Shown in pieces: positions 6,881-17,152 of a stretch of 30,554 nt of DNA. The notes under the pieces are model-generated. The model had not been told where the DNA came from. It ran no database searches and saw only the letters and a program-made list of their open reading frames with translations. The stretch comes from Ignavibacteria bacterium. GTDB lineage: Bacteria; Bacteroidota; Ignavibacteria; Ignavibacteriales; Melioribacteraceae. Location: positions 1 through 30,554 of the forward strand of contig DSBF01000034.1 in assembly GCA_011049495.1 (NCBI GenBank). Reading direction: 5' to 3'. Position numbers and translations under genes: made by a program. Each line of letters opens with the position of its first letter. Position 1 is the first letter of the stretch.

Positions 6881-7507
6881 TTACTTAGAGTACAACTCAA
6901 CAACTAACTGTTCATTAGCATTAAGAGGTATCTCTTCACGGGTAGGAATTTGTATAAAAGTTCCTGATAATCCCGCTTTATCAATTGTTAACCAATTGTA
7001 CATATTATCTTTAGTTTTACGTAAAGAATTATGAATTATATCTAATTTTTTACTTTTGTCACGAACAGTAATAACGTCACCAGGTGATAATGCGTAAGAA
7101 GGAATATCAACCACATGCCCGTTGACATCGAAATGTCTGTGCTTAACCATTTGTCTAGCTGCTTTTCTAGAGGGAGCAAATCCTAATCTAAAAACAATGT
7201 TATCCAATCTTCTTTCAAGTAGTTGGACTAAGTTTTCACCTGTAACACCTTTTTGACGATTAGCTTTTTCGAAATAATTTCTAAATTGAGTTTCAAGTAA
7301 ACCGTAAATTCTTTTGATTTTTTGTTTTTCTCTTAACTGTACTCCGTATTCAGAGAATTTTCCACGACGACTTAAACCGTGTTCTCCGGGAGGGAAATTT
7401 TTCTTTTCAATTTCACACTTTTCAGAATGACATTTCGATCCTTTTAGAAATAATTTCTGACGTTCTCTTCTGCACAATTTGCAGCTTGGTCCTGTATATC
7501 TGCCCAT
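6881..7507 (-). CDS. rpsD: 30S ribosomal protein S4 (Cys-containing zinc-type N-terminus)
   Basis: MGRYTGPSCKLCRRE...KC....CEIE, SEYGVQLREKQK, LERRLDN and EQLVVELYSK. Confidence 0.99.
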   Translation of the reverse strand: MGRYTGPSCKLCRRERQKLFLKGSKCHSEKCEIEKKNFPPGEHGLSRRGKFSEYGVQLREKQKIKRIYGLLETQFRNYFEKANRQKGVTGENLVQLLERRLDNIVFRLGFAPSRKAARQMVKHRHFDVNGHVVDIPSYALSPGDVITVRDKSKKLDIIHNSLRKTKDNMYNWLTIDKAGLSGTFIQIPTREEIPLNANEQLVVELYSK

Positions 7508-7525
7508 TAACTTTTTTTCTCCTCG

Positions 7526-7912
7526 TTAAACTCTTCTACGTTTTGGTGGTCTACAACCGTTATGCGGTATAGGTGTAATATCTTTAATCGAAAGGATTTG
7601 CAAACCGGCAGTATTGAGTGCTCTAATAGCAGCTTCTCTACCGGAACCTGGTCCTTTAACAAAAACATCAATTCTTCTCAGCCCCAGATCGTATGCTTCT
7701 TTAGCAGCCGCTTCAGCCGTAGTTTGCGCAGCATACGGTGTATTCTTTCGCGAACCTTTAAAACCGTTTTTACCGGCAGATGACCACGAAATCGTGTTAC
7801 CGTATATATCGGTTAATGTAACAATTACGTTATTGAAAGAAGCTTTAATATGAGCCACTCCAACCACGTCTACATGAACTTTCTTTTTTGTTTTTCTTTG
7901 AACTTTAGCCAA
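7526..7912 (-). CDS. rpsK: 30S ribosomal protein S11
   Basis: [41 protein letters not shown] start with SD GGAGG. Confidence 0.99.
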   Translation of the reverse strand: MAKVQRKTKKKVHVDVVGVAHIKASFNNVIVTLTDIYGNTISWSSAGKNGFKGSRKNTPYAAQTTAEAAAKEAYDLGLRRIDVFVKGPGSGREAAIRALNTAGLQILSIKDITPIPHNGCRPPKRRRV

Positions 7913-7935
7913 AACTAAATTCCTCCGTTATTAAA

Positions 7936-8319
7936 TTACTTCTTAGTAGGTGCTTTTTTCTTTCCTGCAACAGTTCTACGTTTACCTTTTCGGGTTCTAG
8001 AGTTAGTTCGGGTTCTTTGACCTCTTACAGGAAGTCCTCTTCTGTGTCTTAGACCTCGGTAACAACCTATATCCATTAATCTCTTAATATTTTGTTGAAC
8101 CTCACTGCGCAGAGCACCTTCTACTTTTATTTCCGCAGTCATTATTGAACGAATTTTTGCAACATCACTTTCATTCAATTCCGAAATCTTCATGTTAGGA
8201 TCAACTTGAGCTTTTTCTAAAATTTCTAAAGCAGTAGTTTGTCCAATTCCATAAATATAGGTTAACCCTACATAAGCTTTCTTATTTTTTGGTAAGTCAA
8301 CACCTGCAATACGAGCCAA
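7936..8319 (-). CDS. rpsM: 30S ribosomal protein S13
   Basis: [41 protein letters not shown] start with SD AAGGAGGT. Confidence 0.99.
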   Translation of the reverse strand: MARIAGVDLPKNKKAYVGLTYIYGIGQTTALEILEKAQVDPNMKISELNESDVAKIRSIMTAEIKVEGALRSEVQQNIKRLMDIGCYRGLRHRRGLPVRGQRTRTNSRTRKGKRRTVAGKKKAPTKK

Positions 8320-8338
8320 ACTAAGACCTCCTTATTTA

Positions 8339-8452
8339 TTAACCTTGACGTTGTTTGTGTTTTGGATTTTTACAAATAACTCTAACAACGCCTTTTCTTT
8401 TAATTACTTTACAATGTTCACAAATTTTTCTAACTGAAGCACGAACTTTCAT
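8339..8452 (-). CDS. rpmJ: 50S ribosomal protein L36 (zinc-binding C+ form)
   Basis: Not in ORF track. Manual translation gives [37 protein letters not shown] (37 aa). Confidence 0.98.
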   Translation of the reverse strand: MKVRASVRKICEHCKVIKRKGVVRVICKNPKHKQRQG

Positions 8453-8469
8453 TTTATCTCCGAATAAAA

Positions 8470-8688
8470 CTATTTATATCTATAAGTAATTCTGCCTTTA
8501 TTTAAATCGTATGGAGACATTTCAACAGCAACTTTGTCACCAACTAAAATTTTAATAAAGTGCATTCTCATTTTACCCGATATATGGGCTAAAATTTCAT
8601 GACCGTTATCAAGTTTCACTTTAAAATTAGCATTTGGCAGCGTATCAGTTACAACTCCGTCTACTTTTATTGGACCTTGTTTAGCCAT
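8470..8688 (-). CDS. infA: Translation initiation factor IF-1
   Basis: [50 protein letters not shown]. Confidence 0.99.
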   Translation of the reverse strand: MAKQGPIKVDGVVTDTLPNANFKVKLDNGHEILAHISGKMRMHFIKILVGDKVAVEMSPYDLNKGRITYRYK

Positions 8689-8697
8689 ACCATCTAT

Positions 8698-9459
8698 TTA
8701 TATTTTTGATAAAATTTCTGCCTTTCCGTCAACTATTGCAACCGAATGTTCAAAATGACAGGATGCTTTACCGTCGCTTGTTAATACCGTCCAGCCATCA
8801 TCAGCAACATGAACATTATATTTACCTAAATTAATCATCGGCTCAATTGCAAAGGTCATTCCGTTTTTTATTACGGGACCAGTACCGGGTTTACCATAAT
8901 TTGGGATTTGAGGTTCTTCATGCAAATACTTTCCCATACCATGTCCGCAAAGATCTCTTACAACGGAAAATCCTGCCTTCTCAACATAATGTTGAATTGC
9001 ATACCCGATATCACCGATTCTATTACCGGCAACAGTTTGTTCTATCCCCAGATAAAGAGATTTTTCGGTAACTTCCATCAATCTCTTTTTATCTTCATCA
9101 AGTTCACCAATGGCAATTGAAATAGCTGCATCGCCAAAGTAACCATTTTTTTCAACTCCGACATCAACAGAGAGAATTTCACCATTTTGAAGAACTCTTT
9201 CACCAGGAATACCGTGAACAACTTCGTCATCAATTGAAGAACAAATAGACCCGGGAAAATCAAAGGAACCTGATTGTGAATAACCTTTGAAAGCCGGAAC
9301 AGCGTTATTACTTCTTATATAATCTTCAGCAATCTGATCTAATTCTAATGTTGTTTTTCCTTCTTCAGCGTATCTTTTAACTAATTGTAAAGTTTCAGCA
9401 ACAATCTTACAACTTTCTCTAATGTAATCGATTTCCTTTTTCGTTTTAATAAGAATCAC
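8698..9459 (-). CDS. map: Type I methionine aminopeptidase
   Basis: VVHGIP, VDVGV, GYFGDAA, CGHGMG..LHEEPQIPN, FAIEPMI, HFEHSV. GTG start. Confidence 0.98.
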   Translation of the reverse strand: MILIKTKKEIDYIRESCKIVAETLQLVKRYAEEGKTTLELDQIAEDYIRSNNAVPAFKGYSQSGSFDFPGSICSSIDDEVVHGIPGERVLQNGEILSVDVGVEKNGYFGDAAISIAIGELDEDKKRLMEVTEKSLYLGIEQTVAGNRIGDIGYAIQHYVEKAGFSVVRDLCGHGMGKYLHEEPQIPNYGKPGTGPVIKNGMTFAIEPMINLGKYNVHVADDGWTVLTSDGKASCHFEHSVAIVDGKAEILSKI

Positions 9460-9467
9460 AACAAAAC

Positions 9468-10805
9468 CTAACCTCTACGACCTCTAAGTTTACCTGATTT
9501 CATAAAACCATCGTAGTGTCGCATCAACAAATGCGATTCAATTTGATTTAGTGTATCAAGAGCAACACCTACCATAATTAGCAAACTTGTGCCACCGAAA
9601 AATTGTGAAAAGCTTCCTGAAACACCAAAACGATTTACAAATGCGGGAAGTATTGCAACAATTGCTAAGAATACTGAACCCGGCAATGTAATCTTTGTTA
9701 AAATATTATCTATAAATTCAGCAGTTTGTTTCCCCGGTCGAATACCCGGAACAAAGCCACCTTGTTTTTTCATATTTTCTGCTACGTCTTGCGGATTAAA
9801 TGCAATGGCAGTATAGAAATAAGTAAAGAACACAATCATCAAAGCGTATATGAATGAATACGTGAACGATGTGTAAACAAAATAACTTGCCAACGACTGC
9901 ATAAATTCATTATCAGGGAAAAATGCCAATACCGTATTTGGTATAAACATAATAGACTGTGCAAAGATAATAGGCATAACACCTGCTGTATTGACACGAA
10001 GCGGAATATATTGAGTTACACCACCATAAATTTTTCTACCGACAACTCTCTTTGCGTATTGTACAGGGATTCTTCTTGTACCTTGTGTTACAAGAACTAT
10101 TCCAGCAATTATAGCAACCATGAAGATGAGGACTACAATTTCAATAACAATGTTTCTAGTTCCGGCTGCAATTAATCTATATTCGTCCATCATTGCAAAA
10201 GGAAGTCTATTGATAATACCAATAAAAATGATCAATGAAATACCGTTACCAATTCCCTTCTCTGTAATTTGTTCACCCATCCACATCATAAATACTGTAC
10301 CGGCAACAAGAAATACCACAGCGGTAAACGTAAATCCAAAACCGGAAACCTCCGGCGAGATTATCGGGACACCGTTTGCAGTCATACTTGACAAATAAAT
10401 TGTTACACTCCATGCCTGCAACGTTGAGATAAAAACGGTACCATACCTCGTAAGCTGTGTAATTTTCTTTCTACCTTCTTCCCCTTCTCGCTGAAGTTTT
10501 TGGAAATACGGTACAACGGCACCAAGCAACTGAATAATAATAGATGCACTAATATACGGCATAATACCAAGTGCAAAGACAGCAGCATTAGAGAAAGCAC
10601 CGCCTACAAACAAATCATATAGTCCGAAAAGATTATCGGATGTTTGATTTGCCATAGCTTCAGAAAGAACACGGGCATCAACACCAGGTAAAGTGATATG
10701 AGCACCAATTCTTACAATCACTAAAAGAGCTAAGGTATAAAGAATTCTTTGTCTTAGCTCATGAATTTTAAAAATATTACGGAACGTATCTTGTAATTTT
10801 CCCAT
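9468..10805 (-). CDS. secY: Preprotein translocase SecY
   Basis: FALGIMPYISASIIIQLL, GIGNGISLIIF, RVNTAGVMPIIFA, GFVPGIRPG, FGGTSLLI.VGV. Confidence 0.99.
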   Translation of the reverse strand: MGKLQDTFRNIFKIHELRQRILYTLALLVIVRIGAHITLPGVDARVLSEAMANQTSDNLFGLYDLFVGGAFSNAAVFALGIMPYISASIIIQLLGAVVPYFQKLQREGEEGRKKITQLTRYGTVFISTLQAWSVTIYLSSMTANGVPIISPEVSGFGFTFTAVVFLVAGTVFMMWMGEQITEKGIGNGISLIIFIGIINRLPFAMMDEYRLIAAGTRNIVIEIVVLIFMVAIIAGIVLVTQGTRRIPVQYAKRVVGRKIYGGVTQYIPLRVNTAGVMPIIFAQSIMFIPNTVLAFFPDNEFMQSLASYFVYTSFTYSFIYALMIVFFTYFYTAIAFNPQDVAENMKKQGGFVPGIRPGKQTAEFIDNILTKITLPGSVFLAIVAILPAFVNRFGVSGSFSQFFGGTSLLIMVGVALDTLNQIESHLLMRHYDGFMKSGKLRGRRG

Positions 10806-11266
10806 TAAACTTTAGTCTCTTTAATAGTTCCACCAGCAGATTCAATTTTTTCTTTTGCAGATGCACTGAAAGCATTTGCTTCAACATCTAATTTAGCGGT
10901 AAGTTCGCCTTGACCTAATATTTTATAAGGACCCACTTTATTTATAACACCGGCTTTATAAAGAGCCACGGCATCAACTTTATTATTTTCTAACTTATTA
11001 TCATCAGCCAATTTTTGAAGAGAACTTACGTTTACAGCCTGATATTCTATTCTAAAACGATTTTTAAAACCTCTTTTAGGAACTCTTCTTTGAAGAGGCA
11101 TTTGACCGCCTTCAAACCATGCTCTATATTTAGCACCAGATCTAGATTTCTGTCCGTTCATACCGCGGGTAGAAGTACCTCCATAACCGGAGCCTTCACC
11201 GCGTCCGACTCGTTTTCTTTTTTTCTTTGATCCATCGGCATATTTAAGATTACTTAAGATATCCAT
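10805..11266 (-). CDS. rplO: 50S ribosomal protein L15
   Basis: RVGRGEGSGYGGTSTRGMNGQKSRSG, FEGGQMPL.RR.PKRGF. 1-nt TAATG overlap with secY. Confidence 0.99.
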   Translation of the reverse strand: MDILSNLKYADGSKKKRKRVGRGEGSGYGGTSTRGMNGQKSRSGAKYRAWFEGGQMPLQRRVPKRGFKNRFRIEYQAVNVSSLQKLADDNKLENNKVDAVALYKAGVINKVGPYKILGQGELTAKLDVEANAFSASAKEKIESAGGTIKETKV

Positions 11267-11275
11267 TTATTCCTC

Positions 11276-11470
11276 TTATTCTTCAATTTCAACAACATCA
11301 ACTAAGTGTGCTACTTTTTTAATCATACCTCTAATTTGAGGAGTATCGTTATGAAGTTTAAAATAATTCGGTCTTCCTAACCCCAAAGCTTCGATAGTTA
11401 GTTTTTGGTCTTTGGGTCTATCAATTACACTTTTAGTCTGAATAACTTTTATTTTTTTTGTTTTTGCCAT
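11276..11470 (-). CDS. rpmD: 50S ribosomal protein L30
   Basis: KSVIDRPKDQKLTIEALGL...DTPQIRGMIKKVAHLV. Confidence 0.97.
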   Translation of the reverse strand: MAKTKKIKVIQTKSVIDRPKDQKLTIEALGLGRPNYFKLHNDTPQIRGMIKKVAHLVDVVEIEE

Positions 11471-11486
11471 TATACTGCCTCAACAA

Positions 11487-11993
11487 TTAAGCGTTGAAAA
11501 GTTGATGAATTTCCATACCACGTCGACGAGCCATACTTGCCGCATCTATAAGACTGAGTAAACCATTTAAAGTTGCTTTAACTTGATTATGCGGATTAGA
11601 AGAACCAAGTGACTTTGTTAGAACATCTTGAATACCAGCAGATTCAAGAACTGCTCGCACACCGCCGCCGGCAATAAGTCCCGTACCGGGTGAAGCCGGT
11701 TTCAATAAAACCTTACCAGCGCCAAATTTTCCGAGTATTGGATGCGGAATTGTACCTTTTACAACAGGAACTTTATATACATTTTTCTTTGCATCATCAA
11801 TACCTTTTGAAATTGCATCGGTAACTTCATTTGCTTTTCCTAAGCCGACACCAACGTGACCATTACCGTCACCAACGACAACAATCGCATTAAAGCTGAA
11901 TCTTCTACCACCTTTTACAACTTTAGCAACACGATTAATGTGAACAACTTTTTCTTTAAGATTTTCGATTCCGGATACTTTTTTGTACCTCAA
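11487..11993 (-). CDS. rpsE: 30S ribosomal protein S5
   Basis: [45 protein letters not shown] start with SD AAGGAG 7 nt upstream. Confidence 0.99.
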   Translation of the reverse strand: MRYKKVSGIENLKEKVVHINRVAKVVKGGRRFSFNAIVVVGDGNGHVGVGLGKANEVTDAISKGIDDAKKNVYKVPVVKGTIPHPILGKFGAGKVLLKPASPGTGLIAGGGVRAVLESAGIQDVLTKSLGSSNPHNQVKATLNGLLSLIDAASMARRRGMEIHQLFNA

Positions 11994-12049
11994 TTTCTAG
12001 CTCCTTGCTTACAATAAATTTTCGATTCGTCTAAAATTTCTAAATAGCC

Positions 12050-12123
12050 TGGCTGCCGGGAGAGGATTCGAACCTCTACAGACGCCTCCAAAGGGCGTAG
12101 TCCTACCGTTAGACGACCCGGCA
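12050..12123 (-). tRNA. tRNA-Gln (anticodon UUG) with encoded CCA
   Basis: Reverse complement folds as TGCCGGG-TC-GTCT-AACGGTA-GGAC-T-ACGCC-CTTTGGA-GGCGT-CTGT-AGAGG-TTCGAAT-CCTCT-CCCGGCA-G-CCA (74 nt). Acceptor, anticodon and T stems are perfect; U1-A72 pair and G73 discriminator are present. Confidence 0.97.
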
Positions 12124-12128
12124 ATGAA

Positions 12129-12494
12129 TTAAATTTTCAATCCGCCCTCGCGGGCACCATCGGCAAGTGCTTTTACTCGTCCATGGTATCTATAAATATT
12201 TCTATCAAACAGTGCTGTTTTTATTCCTGCTTCTATTGCTTTTTTTGCGGCTAATGTTCCAACTACTTTACTTTCTTCTGTTTTTGATTTTGCATTTTTA
12301 ATTTCTTCTGCAATTTCTTTTGATAAAGAAGAAACAGAGAATATTGTTTTGCCGGCATTATCGTCAATAAATTGCACATAAATTTGGTTGAGACTTCTGA
12401 ATACATTCATTCTTGGTCTTTCGGCAGTTCCCCAAATTTTCTGCCTAACTCTAATTTTCTTTTTAGCTTTTTGTAATTCTGTTTTTCTTAACAT
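12129..12494 (-). CDS. rplR: 50S ribosomal protein L18
   Basis: [37 protein letters not shown]. Confidence 0.99.
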   Translation of the reverse strand: MLRKTELQKAKKKIRVRQKIWGTAERPRMNVFRSLNQIYVQFIDDNAGKTIFSVSSLSKEIAEEIKNAKSKTEESKVVGTLAAKKAIEAGIKTALFDRNIYRYHGRVKALADGAREGGLKI

Positions 12495-12512
12495 GGTTTA
12501 ACTAATCTCCCA

Positions 12513-13046
12513 TTAACCAGCAGTCTTACCGGCTTTTCTGATAATTGTTTCGTCAGAGTATTTTATACCTTTTCCTTTATAGGGTTCCGGTTTTCTAAAG
12601 GATCTGATTTTTGCAGCAACTAAACCGACTAATTCTTTATCAAAACCACTAATTTTGATTTGAGTTGGTGTTGGTACTTCAAGTGTTATAGTATCAGGCG
12701 GAACAAAATATATAGGGTGAGAATAACCTATATTTATAAATAAATTCTTCCCTTTTAATTCTGCTCGATAACCTACACCTACTATATCAAGTGTTTTGGA
12801 ATATCCTTCTGAAACTCCTATTACGATATTCTGAATTAGTGCTCTTGTAAGTCCATGCAAGGATTTACTTTCCTTAGAATCATCAGGTCTCAATACAGAA
12901 AGCTCTTGATCTTGGATTTCAATTTTCATTTTGGGATGAACATCTAATTGCATCTCTCCAAGTTTACCTTTTATAATAAGGCTTCCGTTCGATTGGCTAA
13001 CCTGAACGTCTTTAATATTAATTGGTTGTTTACCTACTCTAGACAA
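12513..13046 (-). CDS. rplF: 50S ribosomal protein L6
   Basis: MSRVGKQPI, GLTRALIQN, GVGYRA, IRSFRKPEPYKGKGIKY. TTG start. Confidence 0.99.
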   Translation of the reverse strand: MSRVGKQPINIKDVQVSQSNGSLIIKGKLGEMQLDVHPKMKIEIQDQELSVLRPDDSKESKSLHGLTRALIQNIVIGVSEGYSKTLDIVGVGYRAELKGKNLFINIGYSHPIYFVPPDTITLEVPTPTQIKISGFDKELVGLVAAKIRSFRKPEPYKGKGIKYSDETIIRKAGKTAG

Positions 13047-13068
13047 TTTACTTTCCTCTTTACAAAAT

Positions 13069-13464
13069 TTACCAAATGTGAGCTAGAACTTCACCGCCAA
13101 CAGCATCTCTTCTAGCTTGTTTATCGGAGACAATTCCTTTTGAAGTTGAAATTACAGCAATACCAAGACCATTTAAAACTCTAGGTACATCATCTTTTCC
13201 GCAGTATCTTCTCAAACCCGGTTTACTTACTTTTTCCAAACCGGTAATAGATGGGACACCGTTAATATATTGAAGATGAACTCTAAGAACATTTTGTTTA
13301 TTATCTTCAATTACATTATAATCTCTAATAAACTTGTTTTCCTTCATCAATTCAGCTATACGAATTTTAGTGTTAGAAGCAGGAATATCAACAAAACGTT
13401 TTTTTGCTTTAACAGCATTGCGAATTCTAGTCAAAAAATCTGATATAGGATCAGTCACCGACAT
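13069..13464 (-). CDS. rpsH: 30S ribosomal protein S8
   Basis: DPISDFLTRIRNA, VSKPGLRRY, NGLGIAVISTSKG, GGEVL. Confidence 0.99.
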   Translation of the reverse strand: MSVTDPISDFLTRIRNAVKAKKRFVDIPASNTKIRIAELMKENKFIRDYNVIEDNKQNVLRVHLQYINGVPSITGLEKVSKPGLRRYCGKDDVPRVLNGLGIAVISTSKGIVSDKQARRDAVGGEVLAHIW

Positions 13465-13483
13465 TTAAGATTCTCCTTCTGTG

Positions 13484-13753
13484 TTACCAACTTGATTTTT
13501 TTACGCCAGGTATTTCACCTTTAGATGCCATTTCACGAAGCACCAATCTTGAAATACCAAACTTTCTATAATAACCGCGAGATCTTCCGGTAAGTTGACA
13601 TCTGTTTCTCATACGAATAGCAGATGAATTCTTAGGAAGCAGTTGTAATGCATCATAATCTCCGGCTTCTTTTAATTCTTTACGAAGTTTTGCATACTTC
13701 TCTACTAATTTTTTTCTTTTTTCTTCTCGCGCAATTAAACTTTTTCTTGCCAT
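13484..13753 (-). CDS. rpsN: 30S ribosomal protein S14 (89-aa zinc-independent C- form)
   Basis: [37 protein letters not shown], with a single Cys. Confidence 0.98.
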   Translation of the reverse strand: MARKSLIAREEKRKKLVEKYAKLRKELKEAGDYDALQLLPKNSSAIRMRNRCQLTGRSRGYYRKFGISRLVLREMASKGEIPGVKKSSW

Positions 13754-13771
13754 TTTAACCCTAATTTATAA

Positions 13772-14416
13772 TTAGTTTGCTTCTTTTTTTCTAAACGGAA
13801 CTCCAAAGGCTGAAAGTAATTCAAACGCTTCGGCATCAGTTTTTGCATTTGTAACAAAAGTAACATCCATACCAAGTACTTTATTAATCTTATCAACATT
13901 AATTTCCGGGAAAATTATTTGCTCCTGTATACCAAGTGTATAATTACCGCGTCCGTCAAATGATTTGTCCGAAATTCCTCTAAAGTCTCTTACACGAGGC
14001 AGAGCAACATTTACAAGTCTATCCAAAAATTCATACATGCGAACTTTACGCAGCGTTACTTTCGCACCAATTTTCATTCCCTCTCTAAGTTTAAAGTTAG
14101 AGATTGATTTTTTTGCAGCTCTTATAGATGCTTTTTGACCGGTAATTAATTCAAGTTCTTTAACCGCTTCATCAAGAAGTTTTGAATCCTGCACTGCAGC
14201 ACCTACACCCATATTGACAACTATTTTTTCCAGTTTAGGTACTTGCATAATATTTTTGTACCTAAATTTTTCCTTAAGTTTAGGTATAATTTCGTCTTTA
14301 TAAACAGAAGCTAACCTTGAATTAATATTTTCAAAAGATTCAACTGCTGCTTCGGGTGCTTTCGCTTCAGTTTTCTTTACTTTTTTTTCAGTTTCTTTTT
14401 TTGTTTGCTTCGCCAT
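13772..14416 (-). CDS. rplE: 50S ribosomal protein L5 with about 32-aa N-terminal extension
   Basis: [54 protein letters not shown]. Confidence 0.99.
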   Translation of the reverse strand: MAKQTKKETEKKVKKTEAKAPEAAVESFENINSRLASVYKDEIIPKLKEKFRYKNIMQVPKLEKIVVNMGVGAAVQDSKLLDEAVKELELITGQKASIRAAKKSISNFKLREGMKIGAKVTLRKVRMYEFLDRLVNVALPRVRDFRGISDKSFDGRGNYTLGIQEQIIFPEINVDKINKVLGMDVTFVTNAKTDAEAFELLSAFGVPFRKKEAN

Positions 14417-14440
14417 TTTAATCTAAAACTCCTAGTATAA

Positions 14441-14767
14441 TTATGACAGCATTTCGCCGCTTACTTTACTGTATCTAACCGATCTTTTCTTACCGGTTTT
14501 ATCATCGATAATTATTTTTTTACCAACACGAGTTGCTTCACCAGATTTTGGGTCTACAAGCAAAACGTTTGAAACATTTATGGGCGCTTCTTTTTCGACA
14601 ATACCCCCTTGAGGATTTGATTGAGTGGGTTTAGAATGTCTTTTACGAATATTCACGCCTTCAATAATCACACGGTTTTCTTTTGGGTATACTTTAAGAA
14701 CTTTACCGGTTTTACCTTTGTAGTTTCCTGAAACAACTAACACAGTATCATTTTTATGAATTTTCAT
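14441..14767 (-). CDS. rplX: 50S ribosomal protein L24
   Basis: [46 protein letters not shown]. Confidence 0.99.
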   Translation of the reverse strand: MKIHKNDTVLVVSGNYKGKTGKVLKVYPKENRVIIEGVNIRKRHSKPTQSNPQGGIVEKEAPINVSNVLLVDPKSGEATRVGKKIIIDDKTGKKRSVRYSKVSGEMLS

Positions 14768-14781
14768 TTTAATCCCATTAC

Positions 14782-15150
14782 TTATAAAACTTCTGGAGCC
14801 AGTGAAATAATTTTCATGAATTTTTTATCTCTAAGTTCGCGAGCAACCGGTCCAAAAATACGGGTTCCGCGTGGTTCATTTTGTGCATTTAACAAAACAG
14901 CAGCGTTTTCATCAAAACGAATATAAGAACCATCATCACGTTTTACTTCTTTTTTTGTTCTCACAATAACAGCTCTCGAAACCTCGCCTTTTTTTACACC
15001 GCCGCCTGGCATTGCAGCTTTAACTGAAACAACAATTAAATCGCCAATGCTGGCATATCTTCGATTGCTTCCGCCAATAACTCTGATACAACGAACTTTC
15101 TTTGCACCGGAATTATCTGCAACCACTAAATTTGTTTCTTCTTGAATCAT
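14782..15150 (-). CDS. rplN: 50S ribosomal protein L14
   Basis: [39 protein letters not shown]. Confidence 0.99.
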   Translation of the reverse strand: MIQEETNLVVADNSGAKKVRCIRVIGGSNRRYASIGDLIVVSVKAAMPGGGVKKGEVSRAVIVRTKKEVKRDDGSYIRFDENAAVLLNAQNEPRGTRIFGPVARELRDKKFMKIISLAPEVL

Positions 15151-15177
15151 TTCTAATATACTCCTTAAAAGAAGCTA

Positions 15178-15438
15178 TTACTTAGCTTTTTCCACAATTT
15201 CAACCAAACGCCACTTTTTATTTTTGCTGTATGGTCTGCATTCTTGAATTTTTACAGTATCCCCTATTCCACATTGATTATTTTCGTCATGGATAAAAAT
15301 CTTTGTAGTTTTCTTAAAATATTTTCTATAGATAGGATGTGCCATTCTTCTTTCAATAGCAACAACTGCACTTTTCTCCATCTTGTTAGAAACTACTTGA
15401 CCAATTTTCGATCTTCTTGTTCCTCTAACTTGTTCCAT
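15178..15438 (-). CDS. rpsQ: 30S ribosomal protein S17
   Basis: [39 protein letters not shown]. Confidence 0.98.
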   Translation of the reverse strand: MEQVRGTRRSKIGQVVSNKMEKSAVVAIERRMAHPIYRKYFKKTTKIFIHDENNQCGIGDTVKIQECRPYSKNKKWRLVEIVEKAK

Positions 15439-15453
15439 TAATTCGTAGAGCTC

Positions 15454-15672
15454 CTATTTATTTTCTTTTGCTAATTTTTGTTCTTGCAATTCTCTTTCTC
15501 GAAGAACAGTTTTCATTTTGGCAATATCATGTCGAACTTCTTTTAATTTGCTGGTATTAGTCAATTGTTTCAATTCATGTTGAAAACGCATATCAACAAG
15601 ATTTTTCTCTTCATCAACAATTCTTCTAAGAATTTCTTCTGTTGACATTTCACGTATTTCGTAAATCTTCAT
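15454..15672 (-). CDS. rpmC: 50S ribosomal protein L29
   Basis: MKIYEIREMSTEEI...RHDIAKMKTVLRER; canonical position. Confidence 0.96.
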   Translation of the reverse strand: MKIYEIREMSTEEILRRIVDEEKNLVDMRFQHELKQLTNTSKLKEVRHDIAKMKTVLRERELQEQKLAKENK

Positions 15673-15690
15673 TTCTCTGCCTTAAAATTT

Positions 15691-16110
15691 TTAATGTTCG
15701 TAATCAGGTCTTGTAACCGATTTAGTTTTAATAGGCAATTTGTGAGAAGCTAATTTTAATGCTTCCATTGCAATCTCTTTAGATACACCGGAAACCTCAA
15801 ACATAACTCTTCCGGGTTTTATAACAGCCACCCAAAACTCAGGGGCTCCTTTACCTTTACCCATTCTTGTCTCAAGGGGTTTCTTAGTTACAGGTTTATC
15901 CGGAAATATTCTGATCCAAACTTTACCGTCTCTTTTCATTTTACGAGTAAGGGCAACACGACATGCTTCAATTTGACGGTTAGTAATCCAACCGGCTTCC
16001 AAAGCTTTCAATCCGAAATCACCAAAACTAACCTGGCTGCCACGGTAAGCTTTTCCGCGTCTTCTTCCTCTATGTGCTTTTCTATATTTTACTCTTTTTG
16101 GCATTAACAT
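15691..16110 (-). CDS. rplP: 50S ribosomal protein L16
   Basis: [39 protein letters not shown]. Start corrected to ATG 16110 on SD (AGGAG) spacing. Confidence 0.98.
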   Translation of the reverse strand: MLMPKRVKYRKAHRGRRRGKAYRGSQVSFGDFGLKALEAGWITNRQIEACRVALTRKMKRDGKVWIRIFPDKPVTKKPLETRMGKGKGAPEFWVAVIKPGRVMFEVSGVSKEIAMEALKLASHKLPIKTKSVTRPDYEH

Positions 16111-16131
16111 GAGCAAAAACTCCTATTAGCT

Positions 16132-16773
16132 TTATTCAGATAAACGTTTTCCTAAAATCTCACCACGGCAAATCCAAACTTTAATACCAATTGCACCGTA
16201 GATTGTAAATGATGTTGATGTTGCATAATCAATATCTGCTCTTAATGTATGCAAAGGAATTCTACCTTCTTTATATTGTTCGGTACGTGCCATTTCGGCA
16301 CCTCCTAAACGCCCTGAACACATTATTTTAATTCCTTCGGCTCCCATTCTCATAGCAGAAGTTATTGCTGACTTCATCGCACGTCTAAAGGAAATTCTGC
16401 CTTGCAATTGTTGAGCAATATTATCGGCAACAAGTTGTGCATCTAACTCAGGTCTTTTGATTTCGGTTATCTGAACTTTAACTTCCTTATCGGTAACTTT
16501 TTTCAATTCTTCTTCAAGTTGAGCAATTTCTTTACCGCTTTTACCAATTACAACACCAGGTCTTGAAGTATGAATTGTTAGTATAACATTCTTGGATGTA
16601 CGGTCAATAATGATTCTTGAAATACCGGCTTTTTTTAACCTGCTCTTAACATAATTTCGTAATTTACGATCTTCTTCAAGTTTCGCGGCGTAACTTCCGT
16701 TTTCATACCAGTTTGATTCCCATCCGCGAATAATACCGACTCTAAAACCTATTGGATTAACTTTCTGACCCAA
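16132..16773 (-). CDS. rpsC: 30S ribosomal protein S3
   Basis: [40 protein letters not shown]. Start corrected to TTG 16773 with SD GGAGG 5 nt upstream. Confidence 0.98.
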   Translation of the reverse strand: MGQKVNPIGFRVGIIRGWESNWYENGSYAAKLEEDRKLRNYVKSRLKKAGISRIIIDRTSKNVILTIHTSRPGVVIGKSGKEIAQLEEELKKVTDKEVKVQITEIKRPELDAQLVADNIAQQLQGRISFRRAMKSAITSAMRMGAEGIKIMCSGRLGGAEMARTEQYKEGRIPLHTLRADIDYATSTSFTIYGAIGIKVWICRGEILGKRLSE

Positions 16774-16789
16774 AAATTCCTCCTGAGTA

Positions 16790-17134
16790 TTAAATTTTTG
16801 TACCAACAACCACAGTTAAGTGGTTTGATCTTTTTCTGATTCTATAAGCTCTGCCCATTGGTGCCGGCAGCATTCGTTTCAAAGTTGGACCTTGATTAAC
16901 AAAAGCCTCTTTAACCACAAGTTTTGCTATATCAACTTTCTCGTCTTCACTTTTATTATAAAGATTTGCAACCGCACTTCTTAAAACCTTTTCAGCATCC
17001 TTAGAAGCATGTTTAGGATTGAAATGCAAAATTTCAATAGCTTGTTCAACTGATTTACCTCTAATAAGATCAACAACTAATCTCATTTTACGAGGAGATG
17101 AACTTATATACCGATGTGTTGCTTTAGCTTCCAT
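16790..17134 (-). CDS. rplV: 50S ribosomal protein L22
   Basis: [37 protein letters not shown]. Confidence 0.99.
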   Translation of the reverse strand: MEAKATHRYISSSPRKMRLVVDLIRGKSVEQAIEILHFNPKHASKDAEKVLRSAVANLYNKSEDEKVDIAKLVVKEAFVNQGPTLKRMLPAPMGRAYRIRKRSNHLTVVVGTKI

Positions 17135-17152
17135 TAAATATCCTCAATAACT

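Noticed and set aside
9460-9467. Absence of adk between secY and map
   Set aside because: adk is absent from this position in many phyla, so this is ordinary variation.
12010-12045. AAATTTT/AAAATTT inverted repeat between the tRNA and rpsE as a terminator
   Set aside because: The stem is all A-U with a 10-nt loop and no U-tract, too weak to call.
12050-12075. tRNA-Gln 3' end as a phage/ICE integration site
   Set aside because: I saw no duplicated tRNA 3' end, integrase or foreign DNA; rpsE follows 56 nt later.
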